Part shown: piece after piece, positions 10,349-19,205 of the stretch
Layout of the letters: each line of letters starts with the position of its first letter
How positions within the stretch are numbered: position 1 is the first letter of the stretch
Origin: Microcoleus sp.
GTDB lineage: Bacteria > Cyanobacteriota > Cyanobacteriia > Cyanobacteriales > Microcoleaceae
Assembly: GCA_042408215.1 (NCBI GenBank)
Contig: JAYFMW010000020.1
Span: 192,001-256,000, forward strand
Direction of reading: 5' to 3'
Length of the DNA stretch: 64,000 nucleotides
Notes under the pieces: generated by a model
What the model saw: only the letters and a program-made list of their open reading frames with translations
What the model was told of the DNA's origin: nothing
Databases searched by the model: none
Translations under genes and position numbers: made by a program

Positions 10349-10531
10349 TTGCCAGCAAAAAACCTAAAACGAGTCACCAGCTACGTTCCTCCAAACGCCT
10401 ACAACGTCTTGGAAGATTGGGCCAAGGAAGAAGACCGGACAGTCAGCAATCTCGTAAGTCGGATTGTCTCTCAAGCTGTAGATGCTTACTTGACTAAAAA
10501 GACTGCAAAAGATGAACCCACCAGCGATTAA
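10349..10531 (+). CDS. Ribbon-helix-helix (CopG-like) DNA-binding protein; start uncertain
   Basis: KRVTSYVPP..YNVLEDWAKEEDRTVSNLVSRIV beta-helix-helix pattern. Confidence 0.75.
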   Translation: MPAKNLKRVTSYVPPNAYNVLEDWAKEEDRTVSNLVSRIVSQAVDAYLTKKTAKDEPTSD

Positions 10532-10858
10532 CTTTTGACCTCTATGCTGATGGGTCATTCTCAACGGCCAACCTATCGGGCCGTTTATTTTGTGTTGCAG
10601 AATGCTAACATCTGCATTGTCAGCCGGGGGATTTAATGGTAGATGAAGAGGACAATTCCGATCGCTTAAAATGACATAGTTAAATTGACTGTATTTCTAT
10701 CAAGATTTACTTTTTATTTAAGAGCTAATGTGCAAAAATTGCGGCTCGATCGCACTCTACATTTCATGTCAATTGACACATCAGGCCGATCGCACGCTGA
10801 ACTAAGTCACACAATATGTTTTAATTTATATTTGAGCAAAACCTAAACAAAGCCAGCC

Positions 10859-11731
10859 ATGACTCCAAAATCCATAGCCGTGATCAACTTCAAAGGCGGT
10901 GTCGGGAAAACCACCGTCACTTGGAGCCTGGGAAATATTATATCCCAAAGCACAGACCTAGAAGTTCTCATGTTAGACTTAGACCCGCAGATGTCGCTCA
11001 CAGAGGCGATCGGACTTAACGAGAGTACGGGTCATTTAGATGACAAATTTGGCAAGTGGTACGAAAAATCTCTCAAGCACCGACTCACAATTTACGACGC
11101 TCTAGAAGTCTTTAAAAAAGCCGGACAAAACTTTAAATTTCCCGTTGGTTTCGAGACTATTTACCAGATTGACGAACAGTTACATTTTGTCCCTTCAGTC
11201 GAAGAATTGTATTGGTTAGACTTAGATGGATTTGAAGGAAAAAATGTTAAAGACTTTATCCGCCAATTCCTCGGCAAAATTACCAATTCAGCCAATCTTC
11301 CTCAATATGAACTGTTCCTGTTTGACTGCTCTCCTTCCTTCAGCCTCCTCACCTACAGCGTCCTCTCTTGCTGCGACTTAATCTTAATTCCCGTCAATCC
11401 AGATTACTTTGGTTCTAGGGGATTGAGCTTAGTTTTAAACTCTCTCCAGAAACGGATCGAGCCTTACCCATTTCCCAAGATTGCAGTATTTATGAACAAA
11501 GCTAAAATCTATGGAGGATTGCTGACTAATGAAGTTCAGTTTTACATGAGAGAAGTCAAAAGACTTTGTGCTGATATCTCAAAAGAAAATCATATAGAAG
11601 TTAAGTTTTTAGAATCGACGATTCGCGAAAGCGTTGGTCTAAAACGGGCGATCAATGAGGGGAAATTACCGCGAGAATTAGTTAGGGAATTTGAACAATT
11701 GTGGCGTGAGTGTGCGGAGTATCTGAAATGA
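10859..11731 (+). CDS. ParA/Soj family ATPase
   Basis: Deviant Walker A NFKGGVGKTT, LDLDPQ, FDCSPS, LIPVNPD. Confidence 0.9.
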   Translation: MTPKSIAVINFKGGVGKTTVTWSLGNIISQSTDLEVLMLDLDPQMSLTEAIGLNESTGHLDDKFGKWYEKSLKHRLTIYDALEVFKKAGQNFKFPVGFETIYQIDEQLHFVPSVEELYWLDLDGFEGKNVKDFIRQFLGKITNSANLPQYELFLFDCSPSFSLLTYSVLSCCDLILIPVNPDYFGSRGLSLVLNSLQKRIEPYPFPKIAVFMNKAKIYGGLLTNEVQFYMREVKRLCADISKENHIEVKFLESTIRESVGLKRAINEGKLPRELVREFEQLWRECAEYLK

Positions 11732-12165
11732 TTAAAAAGGATGAAGAAACCCTGGAGTTAGTTGATGAAATCAGTGAACTAAAGGAAATCCTGCGCGAAG
11801 TTTCTCGAAAATTAACCAGGATTGAAACTCAAGTCAAGCGGGGAGTGACTTCTGCTGCATCGAAAACTTCGGACTTTCAAAACTCTCAAACTGCTGCTGA
11901 TGTCAAGAAACCTGCTAATTTACCAGCCGAACAGGTTCTCCAAGTTTATGAAGAACTACGTTTAAAAGCTAAAAATGGTAAGGAACAAGAGGTGAGGGAA
12001 AAATTGTTGACTATGAGTGCAACTGATTTGAATTTAATGTGTTGTGAATTAGGTATGCCTCCCAGCAGCAAGAATCCGTCTCGCAGAAAAATGTTCGAGC
12101 TAATTATTGGTAGAATTAAACAGAGTTTGATGCTGTCGCGACACATCGATCGACAATCACTTTGA
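11728..12165 (+). CDS. Hypothetical ParA partner (coiled coil, linker, small helical C-terminal domain)
   Basis: ATGA overlap with the parA stop; heptad-like N-terminus. Confidence 0.75.
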   Translation: MIKKDEETLELVDEISELKEILREVSRKLTRIETQVKRGVTSAASKTSDFQNSQTAADVKKPANLPAEQVLQVYEELRLKAKNGKEQEVREKLLTMSATDLNLMCCELGMPPSSKNPSRRKMFELIIGRIKQSLMLSRHIDRQSL

Positions 12166-12345
12166 AAGTATAATAGCATTTCTGGGTTAAATCAAGTAGG
12201 TCTGGTAATTGGTAATGGGGAATTGGGCATGGGGAATTGGGCATTGGTAATACTGAGATCTGGAACGGGCAAGATGCCCATTCCACAAAAGTTTAATTTG
12301 ATTGTGGGGCGGGCAAGATGCCCGCCCCTGAACAGCTTGTTGCAA

Positions 12346-13626
12346 ATGCTGCAACATTTCAGCTTGCATAAATTATGGCGTTTTAGCTCGATCGCCCTTT
12401 GCTGTCTCGCACTCTCCATCGGCCTTTTTTTCAGCCTCCAAAGCCCCCCGTCACCCGCAGCCCAAAAACCGAGGACGCTGGCGTTTACCGCCCTCCAGAG
12501 GCGCGGCAGCGAGGTTAGGAACAGTTTATTTACCATCAATGCTAACGGTGCGGCTCGTCGGGAACTTACCCCAAAGATAGACGTGAGCTCAACCCTAGTT
12601 TGGTCGCCCAACGGCCAACGGCTGGCTTTTGTGAGTGGTGACACCGACGTTTATACAGTCAATGCTGACGGTTCTCGACTAACTAAACAGTTGGCTGGGG
12701 AGTTTTGCAAAGCACCTAATTTTGCAATTGCTTGGTTTTCCAACAGCCAGAAACTTGTTTTTGCACGCTCTTGCGATGGTTTCACCTCTGATACTCCCGG
12801 CAGTCAATCCCTTTATCTGAGCGATACGGCGGGGATTAAAGGAACTAAATTAATTCGGGATTTTGCAGTAGGAGGATACCCACCGAAAACAGAAATTTCA
12901 TCGGAATTTTATCTGTCACCAGATGGCCAGCAAGTAGCATTTGTCAAAGATCAGAATATCTGCAAAATGAATGCTGACGGTTCGGGAATGACTAAATTAA
13001 CTAAAAGTCCAGGTGAGTATACGAACGGCGGAAGTAAACTTGTTTGGTCGCCCGATCGCACTAAAATTGCTTTCCTATTCGGGACCTATCCTCAACAGCA
13101 AATTTACACAATAAATGCCGATGGAACCCACCTCAAAAACTTAACTAATAATCCCAAAAATCAGGTCTACAACGTCAACCTATTTTGGTCGCCAGACAGC
13201 ACCCAGATTGCATACTATTACAACAAGCCAGGGGATTTTAGCGGTCAGCAGCAAGACATTTATGCGATCGATATTAACCGGGGAAAATCCCGGAATATCA
13301 CCCATAAGCCGAGAAACTACGATGCAATTTCTTGGTCGCCAGATGGCAAATTTATTGCCTTCACCGCTGGCCACTTGTCCGAGGAAAAACTCTACACAAT
13401 TAATGCTGATGGTTCCAACCTAACTCAGCTAGCTACTCCCTTAAAAATGTCGGTAATTTATGAATTAGCCTGGTCTTATGACAGTCAGCAAATTGCTTTT
13501 ACTTTTCCTGAAATCCCTGGTGACAAAAGCAGCTTGTATGTGATTAATCAAACAGGTTCTGGATTAACTAAATTGACAAATAATCAGGATTTGAATGCTA
13601 GTCATCCGGTTTGGCAACCAAATTAG
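12346..13626 (+). CDS. Secreted TolB-like beta-propeller (PD40 repeats)
   Basis: Hydrophobic N-terminal segment; repeated WSPDG..IAF and TINADGS motifs. The ORF-track start lies in STRR repeats. Confidence 0.85.
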   Translation: MLQHFSLHKLWRFSSIALCCLALSIGLFFSLQSPPSPAAQKPRTLAFTALQRRGSEVRNSLFTINANGAARRELTPKIDVSSTLVWSPNGQRLAFVSGDTDVYTVNADGSRLTKQLAGEFCKAPNFAIAWFSNSQKLVFARSCDGFTSDTPGSQSLYLSDTAGIKGTKLIRDFAVGGYPPKTEISSEFYLSPDGQQVAFVKDQNICKMNADGSGMTKLTKSPGEYTNGGSKLVWSPDRTKIAFLFGTYPQQQIYTINADGTHLKNLTNNPKNQVYNVNLFWSPDSTQIAYYYNKPGDFSGQQQDIYAIDINRGKSRNITHKPRNYDAISWSPDGKFIAFTAGHLSEEKLYTINADGSNLTQLATPLKMSVIYELAWSYDSQQIAFTFPEIPGDKSSLYVINQTGSGLTKLTNNQDLNASHPVWQPN

Positions 13627-13675
13627 TCATTAGTCATTAGTCATTAGTCATTAGTCATTAGTTATTAGTCATTGG
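13623..13675. repeat. STRR heptamer tract (TTAGTCA)n
   Basis: Tandem heptamers. Similar STRR tracts at 18921-19012, 27065-27215, 31150-31278, 52353-52391, 55503-55641, 57081-57150 and 57487-57550. Confidence 0.9.
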
Positions 13676-13693
13676 TCGTTAGTTAATCGCTAA

Positions 13694-15358
13694 TTAAATC
13701 GGAGCCGATGAAATAATTTTATTTTCCTTGAATTGTTGACGAACTTGCAATTCATCTAAATCAACTTCTTTGTGTTTTTCATCTTGCACCTGTTTGTCAA
13801 TTTTTGGCAACTTTAAAATTGCCCCAGCCAAAACCCAGTAATAAACCGACACTGGATCTACATCCAGGGGATAGTATTGAGTATTGATACTAATAAACGC
13901 CACAAACACCCAAAAACTAGCTCCATAAGTCCGCAAACTTTTGTCTTTCACAGAACGGTAAGCTTGAAAACTTAGAATAGTCAAGTGTAAAACCATCACC
14001 TGAAAAGCAATCATCCCCGGATAACCTAGTTCGTACATCAACTTAGGTTGGAAAGTTTCAATTAGTTGCGTGTTACCAAATATCCGCGTTGAATTAGTCG
14101 CTCGTCCCACACCTCTACCCAGTGGCATACCAATAATAAAATTGTGGCTCTGCTCGAACTGATTAAAAAGAAATTGCTGTGGTGGTGCAGCATTCCAGCG
14201 GTTGACAAAACTCTCCCATCGCTGCTCAAAAACTCCTGGGTTAATTGCTGCACCGACAAACAGCAGAATAGCAAGTCCCGCACCAATGGGAATAAATCGT
14301 TTTAAATTAACTACTTGACCGGTGAGAACTAGGAGCAGAACAGTGGCAACTGGAACCATAACTAAAGCAGCTCTTTGACCGGAAAAAACAGCATTGGCAA
14401 ATACTAACGCCATGCCAAATAAACCGATGCTCCGCCACCAGAATGAAGTGTCACAAAAAGCAGAGGCAAAGGTTAAAAAAGCATTAGAAATTAAAAACCA
14501 AGCCCACTGCCAAGGCGCTACAAAAGTTCCTGGTAAGCGGATAAAATTGACTTCAGGACTAAATACAAGAGAACCGCCGACAAAACATCTAGCTTGCAGT
14601 GTTGCTTTATATAATTCTACTCCCGACATTCCTCGCGTTCCCGCGCACCTTCCACTTTTCAGTAACAGGTACTGAATCACACCCAAAACGCAGCAAAGGA
14701 TCGCCAGCATTAGGTGCATTCGAGTAAAAAATACCAAATCCTTCTTAGTGCGGATGAGATAATAAGTGCAAGTGATTAGCGGTATGTAACCTATCAATAC
14801 TTTTAAGCCGAGAATTCCTTGGAGAATTGGTTTGTCACCTTTCATCGGGTGGAGCTGCATTCCCCCGTTGACAAAAATTAAAGTCATCAGTGCCATCATC
14901 AACAGGATGCTGAAGGTAGCAATCATTTGTTTGGGAAGGAAGATGGGCAATTGTTTCTTTTTGCAGCTTTGAATTAGGGCGATGAGAGCTGGTATGTAGA
15001 AAGCATCTTTGGCTAGTTGAAATGCAGCATTTCCGCCACCAATTGCGTAAGTAATTGTACCACTCAAAGGCAGGTAAATTAGAAATGCCCACAAAGCTTG
15101 ACGGGGGTATTGGTAGGAAAGCAGCAAGATTGCTACGGCGCTGCCTCCTGCAATCGCAATCTTAGGGCTGGCGACGAAAAAAAGCGCGGTGGTGACTGCA
15201 AGGCTGACGACGCCGCAAATGACGCTCGTTTGCACAAATTCAGTGCGCTTTTGTGTAATTTTGCGTTTTTGTGCAGCTATTTCTTTCTTGCTGAGTGGGG
15301 CTGTTTTTTCCCTATCCTTGTCTTGAGATTTTTGGGATTTACGCTTGTTTTTAAACAT
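13694..15358 (-). CDS. hpsL: Hormogonium polysaccharide biosynthesis protein HpsL (O-antigen ligase/polymerase-like membrane protein)
   Basis: Lys-rich N-terminus, many TMs, IRLPGTFVAPWQWAWFLI, GRGVGRATNS, YYPLDVDPV. Confidence 0.85.
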   Translation of the reverse strand: MFKNKRKSQKSQDKDREKTAPLSKKEIAAQKRKITQKRTEFVQTSVICGVVSLAVTTALFFVASPKIAIAGGSAVAILLLSYQYPRQALWAFLIYLPLSGTITYAIGGGNAAFQLAKDAFYIPALIALIQSCKKKQLPIFLPKQMIATFSILLMMALMTLIFVNGGMQLHPMKGDKPILQGILGLKVLIGYIPLITCTYYLIRTKKDLVFFTRMHLMLAILCCVLGVIQYLLLKSGRCAGTRGMSGVELYKATLQARCFVGGSLVFSPEVNFIRLPGTFVAPWQWAWFLISNAFLTFASAFCDTSFWWRSIGLFGMALVFANAVFSGQRAALVMVPVATVLLLVLTGQVVNLKRFIPIGAGLAILLFVGAAINPGVFEQRWESFVNRWNAAPPQQFLFNQFEQSHNFIIGMPLGRGVGRATNSTRIFGNTQLIETFQPKLMYELGYPGMIAFQVMVLHLTILSFQAYRSVKDKSLRTYGASFWVFVAFISINTQYYPLDVDPVSVYYWVLAGAILKLPKIDKQVQDEKHKEVDLDELQVRQQFKENKIISSAPI

Positions 15359-15579
15359 GACTTGTAGAAGGCAGAAGGCAGTTATGTAGAAGGCAGAATG
15401 AATAGGAAAAATATTTTGGTAGGTTTAGTTAATGATTATTAAAGTTGGGTTCAGAGAAAAAATATCGAGATTGTGGATGTGACAGGGCACAAATTATTAT
15501 ACTCGCGACCTTGTAGAATATAACTGCTGCATCTATAATTTACCAATATCGAAAAATTAGTTTGAATGTAGCAGTCATT

Positions 15580-16281
15580 ATGAAGTTAACAAAATTTGGA
15601 TCGATCGGCATCGCCATACTTTTAGGAACAAGCGCTAGCATATTATCGAGCTGCACTCTGGCATTAGGGGCCCAAAAAATTGTCCTCACTTTTGGCCCGA
15701 TCAGGCAAGCTATTAATATCAGCGACTTAGAAGACTTTGCGAAAGATGGCAAAACGACCCCAACCCTCCGACAAATTATCGGAGCCTCCAAAATGGATGC
15801 AGGAACCCTACGCGGGTTGATCGGTTTAGAAATCGGCTTAAAGCCAGCTAATCTTGCCAGGGTAATTTATAGCACCCCTGGGGAAAAAATCACCGACGAA
15901 ATCGGTCAAGCAATTCGGACTCAGCGCCACACAGAAAGTGGCAAAGCTCTGCGCGCAGCCGTGATTCTAGCAGCCGGCGACGATGGCAAGGTATCAATCC
16001 TGGAAATCCTGAAAAAGTATCCTTTGGCAGAGGTGTACGTAGATGTTGCCAGCATTGGCGCAGCTGTTGGGAAAGTTCAGAGTTTAGCAGGAAATATGCA
16101 AACTCTGCTTCAAGATCTGATGCGCCCCAGGGCCACAACTGAAAAAACTCGCACCGAAAGTACGATCGAACCTGGCCTCCGCATCCAGCCAACCACGCCG
16201 AACCCTTTGCGCCGCGTCACAGCACCCGCACCCACAGGGACGGCACCACAGCCAATCAGGCCTGTGAGAGGATTGCGGTGA
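15580..16281 (+). CDS. DUF1400 (alpha/beta-hydrolase-associated) exported protein
   Basis: Signal peptide; AQKIVLTFGP..ISDLEDFAKDG..ALRAAVILAA..SILEILKKYP; Pro-rich tail. Confidence 0.8.
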   Translation: MKLTKFGSIGIAILLGTSASILSSCTLALGAQKIVLTFGPIRQAINISDLEDFAKDGKTTPTLRQIIGASKMDAGTLRGLIGLEIGLKPANLARVIYSTPGEKITDEIGQAIRTQRHTESGKALRAAVILAAGDDGKVSILEILKKYPLAEVYVDVASIGAAVGKVQSLAGNMQTLLQDLMRPRATTEKTRTESTIEPGLRIQPTTPNPLRRVTAPAPTGTAPQPIRPVRGLR

Positions 16282-16398
16282 TTTGAGCGAAAGAATGTTT
16301 GATGTGGATTGTGGGTTGTGTGGGGGCGGGTTTTCGAGATCGCTAATTGTAGGCAATTATTGTTGGTAAAACCCGCCCCTAGGACATTCGTTAAAAAT

Positions 16399-17296
16399 TT
16401 AATTTTTCTTAAGTAATTTTTTTACCAATTTAGGAACCTCCGAAGGCCGAGCCGCCACTGGTATCTTGGCCTCTTCAAAGGCAGCCATTTTATTTTCGGC
16501 TGTGACTCCAAACGCTGACTGCGCTGCTGCGCGAGAACTGATCAGGATGCCGGCGTGGCCTAAAGACGGCCCTTTGGGAGCGTAACGACCCGCCAGGTAG
16601 GCAACCACCGGTTTGTCGATCGCCTCAGGCGATGTAAGAAGCAGCAGCTTGTTCGCTCCACCCGCCAACTTCCCCCACCAAAACGATCGCCTCGGTACTG
16701 TCGTCTTCGTCCAAAATTTGCAGCCACTGCATAAAAGAAGAACCCACAATCGCATCGCAGCCAATACAAACCGCCATCGACTGTCCCAACCCCGCATTAG
16801 TCAGTTCCAGAGCAACTTCGTAAGTCAAAGTGCTGCTGCGACTGATCAACCCCACCGGGCCCGGAGTGTAGAATTCCTTGGGGTGAGTTCCCAGCAGCAG
16901 TTTGTCCGGCACAATAATCCCCGGACTGTTTGGGCCGACAACCAAAGTTTCTGTGGCCTCTGCTTTTCTCACCAAGCGCACCATATCCAGAGGAGGCACT
17001 CCCTCCGTCACGATCGCGATTTGCCGAATCCCTGCGGCGATCGCTTCCAGGGCCGCATCCAGCACCGAGTAAGGCTGCACAAAAATTACCGTAGTGTCAA
17101 TGTGACCAACTGCCGCCACTGCTTGTTCCACCAAATCAAAAACCGGAATTCCCTCCAACTCCAGCCCCCCCCGGCCGGGACTCACACCGGCGACTACATT
17201 CGTGCCGTATGCTTTCATCATCAGGGCAGCCCGGGTTGACGCGGGAGATTCTGTAATGCCCTGTACTAGGACTTTGCTCTCAGGAGTTAAATTCAT
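16399..17296 (-). pseudogene. sucD: Succinyl-CoA synthetase alpha subunit, frameshifted near 16628
   Basis: VLVQGIT..GVSPGRGG..GPNSPG in one frame and EAIDKPVVAYLAG..GHAG in another; one extra base at ATC GCC TGAG GCG. Confidence 0.85.
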
Positions 17297-17368
17297 CTTT
17301 ATTCCCCCTTGGAGACTCCCGCTATACCTGTACTCAGGTTAGCGGTGAGAGGAAAAGGGGGTCGGGGT

Positions 17369-18646
17369 CTATTCAACATAAGAATAACCATCCTTTCTCT
17401 GAATCGGTTTACAGTTTTTGCGATTAATACCTTGAATTAATCCAGCCCAAGTCGAAATATTGAAACTTCCGGTATTCCTCACTGCTACGCGACCGATGTA
17501 AGTTCCAATCTTTTTACCCTTCGTAACAATCGCTTTAACAAGATCGCCTGTTTGAAAACCCAAGACATTCTTGAATCGAGGAACATAGCGAGATGGGAAG
17601 CCAAATTTATCCGTGCGACACATTTGACGAGTACCGTGTCCCGTCGCCTTAATCAACAACGGCTTGTTTGTTAACACGGACAATTCCTCAACTTGACCAA
17701 CACAAGCTGCATCAAGCCAATGGGTTTTAGGTAGTTTCAATCGAGTCCGGTTGAATTTGGTCAATCCACCTGAACCAGTTGAAACAGGCAACCCCGTTTC
17801 TTTTAAGCGACTAAATAACGTCCATCGAGTCGAATTCACAGCAGCAGCATCCTTTAGGGGATGTTTAGCTTGTGCAAGAATGCACTTCAGAACGTCTGGT
17901 TTCTTGGCTAAGAATTGCTCGACATCCTGAGTACCTTTCTTCAGGTTGCACTTCTCACAAGCAAGGCCAAGGTTAGAAATGCGATCGCTGCCACCTTTGG
18001 CTTTGGGATGAATATGTTCAATTTGCCAAGGTACATTTTCAACACCGCAGTAAGTGCATTTCCTGTCCCATTTGTTCAGTAGATATTCCCGAAGTTCGTA
18101 GCCAACTAATTCCCCTTGCTGATATTCAATGCCTGAAATCTCAGGGTTCTCTAATTGCTGTAAATCAAACCTGACCAGTTCTTGAACAATTGAACCGATG
18201 GGGGCAAACCTAATTAATTTGTTCACCCAAGTCAAAGTTGTTTCGACTCGATGTTGCAAACTAGGGGCTAACCAACCTTTCGAGCGGGTGCGATTCAAAA
18301 ATCTTGCTCTCCGGTAGCGAGTATGGCGATTTCTGCGTGACCGACGTAACTCGCTTCGGGACTCAAGGCTTGCTTTGATGGCTTGACCACGATGGGTTAG
18401 TTCAGCACCCCAGATCACCTTATTACCTTGCACTAATGCGATGCCAGTAGTTTTAGAGCCTGGGTCTAGCTTGAGTTGTATTGGTGCAACAATTACTTCT
18501 GGACATGATTTTTTTAAGATGATTGTAAATGGATACATTCTGAATACAGCAGCATTGACCGAGCCTAGTAATTTCCTTGCTCCCGAAAGGTGACAAGGGC
18601 TTAACGGCTGTTTCTTGGTGTCAATAACTAATGCGTAATTTGACAT
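17369..18646 (-). CDS. iscB: RNA-guided endonuclease IscB
   Basis: PLMP-like PLSPC, RuvC-I LDPGSKTTG, RRSRRNRHTRYR bridge helix, RuvC-II QELVRFD, HNH EHIHPKAKGGSDRISNL..CEKCN, RuvC-III HWLDAAC. Confidence 0.96.
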   Translation of the reverse strand: MSNYALVIDTKKQPLSPCHLSGARKLLGSVNAAVFRMYPFTIILKKSCPEVIVAPIQLKLDPGSKTTGIALVQGNKVIWGAELTHRGQAIKASLESRSELRRSRRNRHTRYRRARFLNRTRSKGWLAPSLQHRVETTLTWVNKLIRFAPIGSIVQELVRFDLQQLENPEISGIEYQQGELVGYELREYLLNKWDRKCTYCGVENVPWQIEHIHPKAKGGSDRISNLGLACEKCNLKKGTQDVEQFLAKKPDVLKCILAQAKHPLKDAAAVNSTRWTLFSRLKETGLPVSTGSGGLTKFNRTRLKLPKTHWLDAACVGQVEELSVLTNKPLLIKATGHGTRQMCRTDKFGFPSRYVPRFKNVLGFQTGDLVKAIVTKGKKIGTYIGRVAVRNTGSFNISTWAGLIQGINRKNCKPIQRKDGYSYVE

Positions 18647-18900
18647 TTCTGCCTCTCCTATTTCTAGGGTAATGTGAGCTTTGACAATGTTAGAAGTCGG
18701 TACTATCCCAAAAGCACTGGCTTAACCCTTTTAGACCTGTTTAACTTTTGAGTTTTAGAGCTTGGAACTAGCTTCGCATTCCAAGGTAAGAACTTGGACT
18801 CTTGCTTCTAACGTAGTTCTTGCGAACTTAGTCGGGTAAACTTTGGCTTCTTTCAAAGCCCCCGCTAGATCGGTAATCCGATTAGCGGCGGGTTGTTTAC
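18647..18900 (-). ncRNA. omegaRNA (HEARO-like) scaffold of IscB
   Basis: Minus strand GTAAACAACCCGCCGCTAATCGG..CCGATCTAGCGGGGGCTT..GACTAAG..CTACGTT..AACATTGTCAAAGC..ATTACCC, immediately upstream of iscB. Confidence 0.85.
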
Positions 18901-19016
18901 TGTTTCCTTATAGATAGTCTAGGGGCCTGGGGCCTGGGGCATGGGGCATGGGGCATGGGGCATGGGGCATGGATGCACAGGGCATTGGGCCTAGGGCCTT
19001 ATAGCATAGGGCCTAG

Positions 19017-19177
19017 GGCGTGTTTTCAAACTACTGATTATGAACCGAATCTCTCGAAGATCCCCCTAAATCCCCCTTAAAAAGGGAGTAGGGTGTGAGT
19101 AGGAGTTGACGAAAGAGACTCTTTCTCCCCCCTTGTTAAGGGGGGCCGGGGGGGATCTTAGAGTTTGAAAACACGCC
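19017..19177. mobile_element. MITE with 16-bp TIRs flanked by CTAG
   Basis: CTAG-GGCGTGTTTTCAAACT ... AGTTTGAAAACACGCC-CTAG; carries an internal CCCCCTT..AAGGGGG repeat. Confidence 0.8.
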
Positions 19178-19205
19178 CTAGGGCCTTATAGCATTAGGCA
19201 GTGGA

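Larger units (their letters stand above)
17297..18900 (-). mobile_element. IscB-encoding IS200/IS605-superfamily element, non-autonomous (no tnpA)
   Basis: omegaRNA-like leader, iscB ORF and terminal hairpin CCGCTA..CCTG..CAGG..TAGCGG; inserted between sucC and sucD. Confidence 0.85.

Noticed and set aside
10859..12165. McdAB carboxysome positioning system or chromosomal ParAB
   Set aside because: The partner has no ParB motif and lacks the C-terminal Trp typical of McdB; no carboxysome genes nearby.
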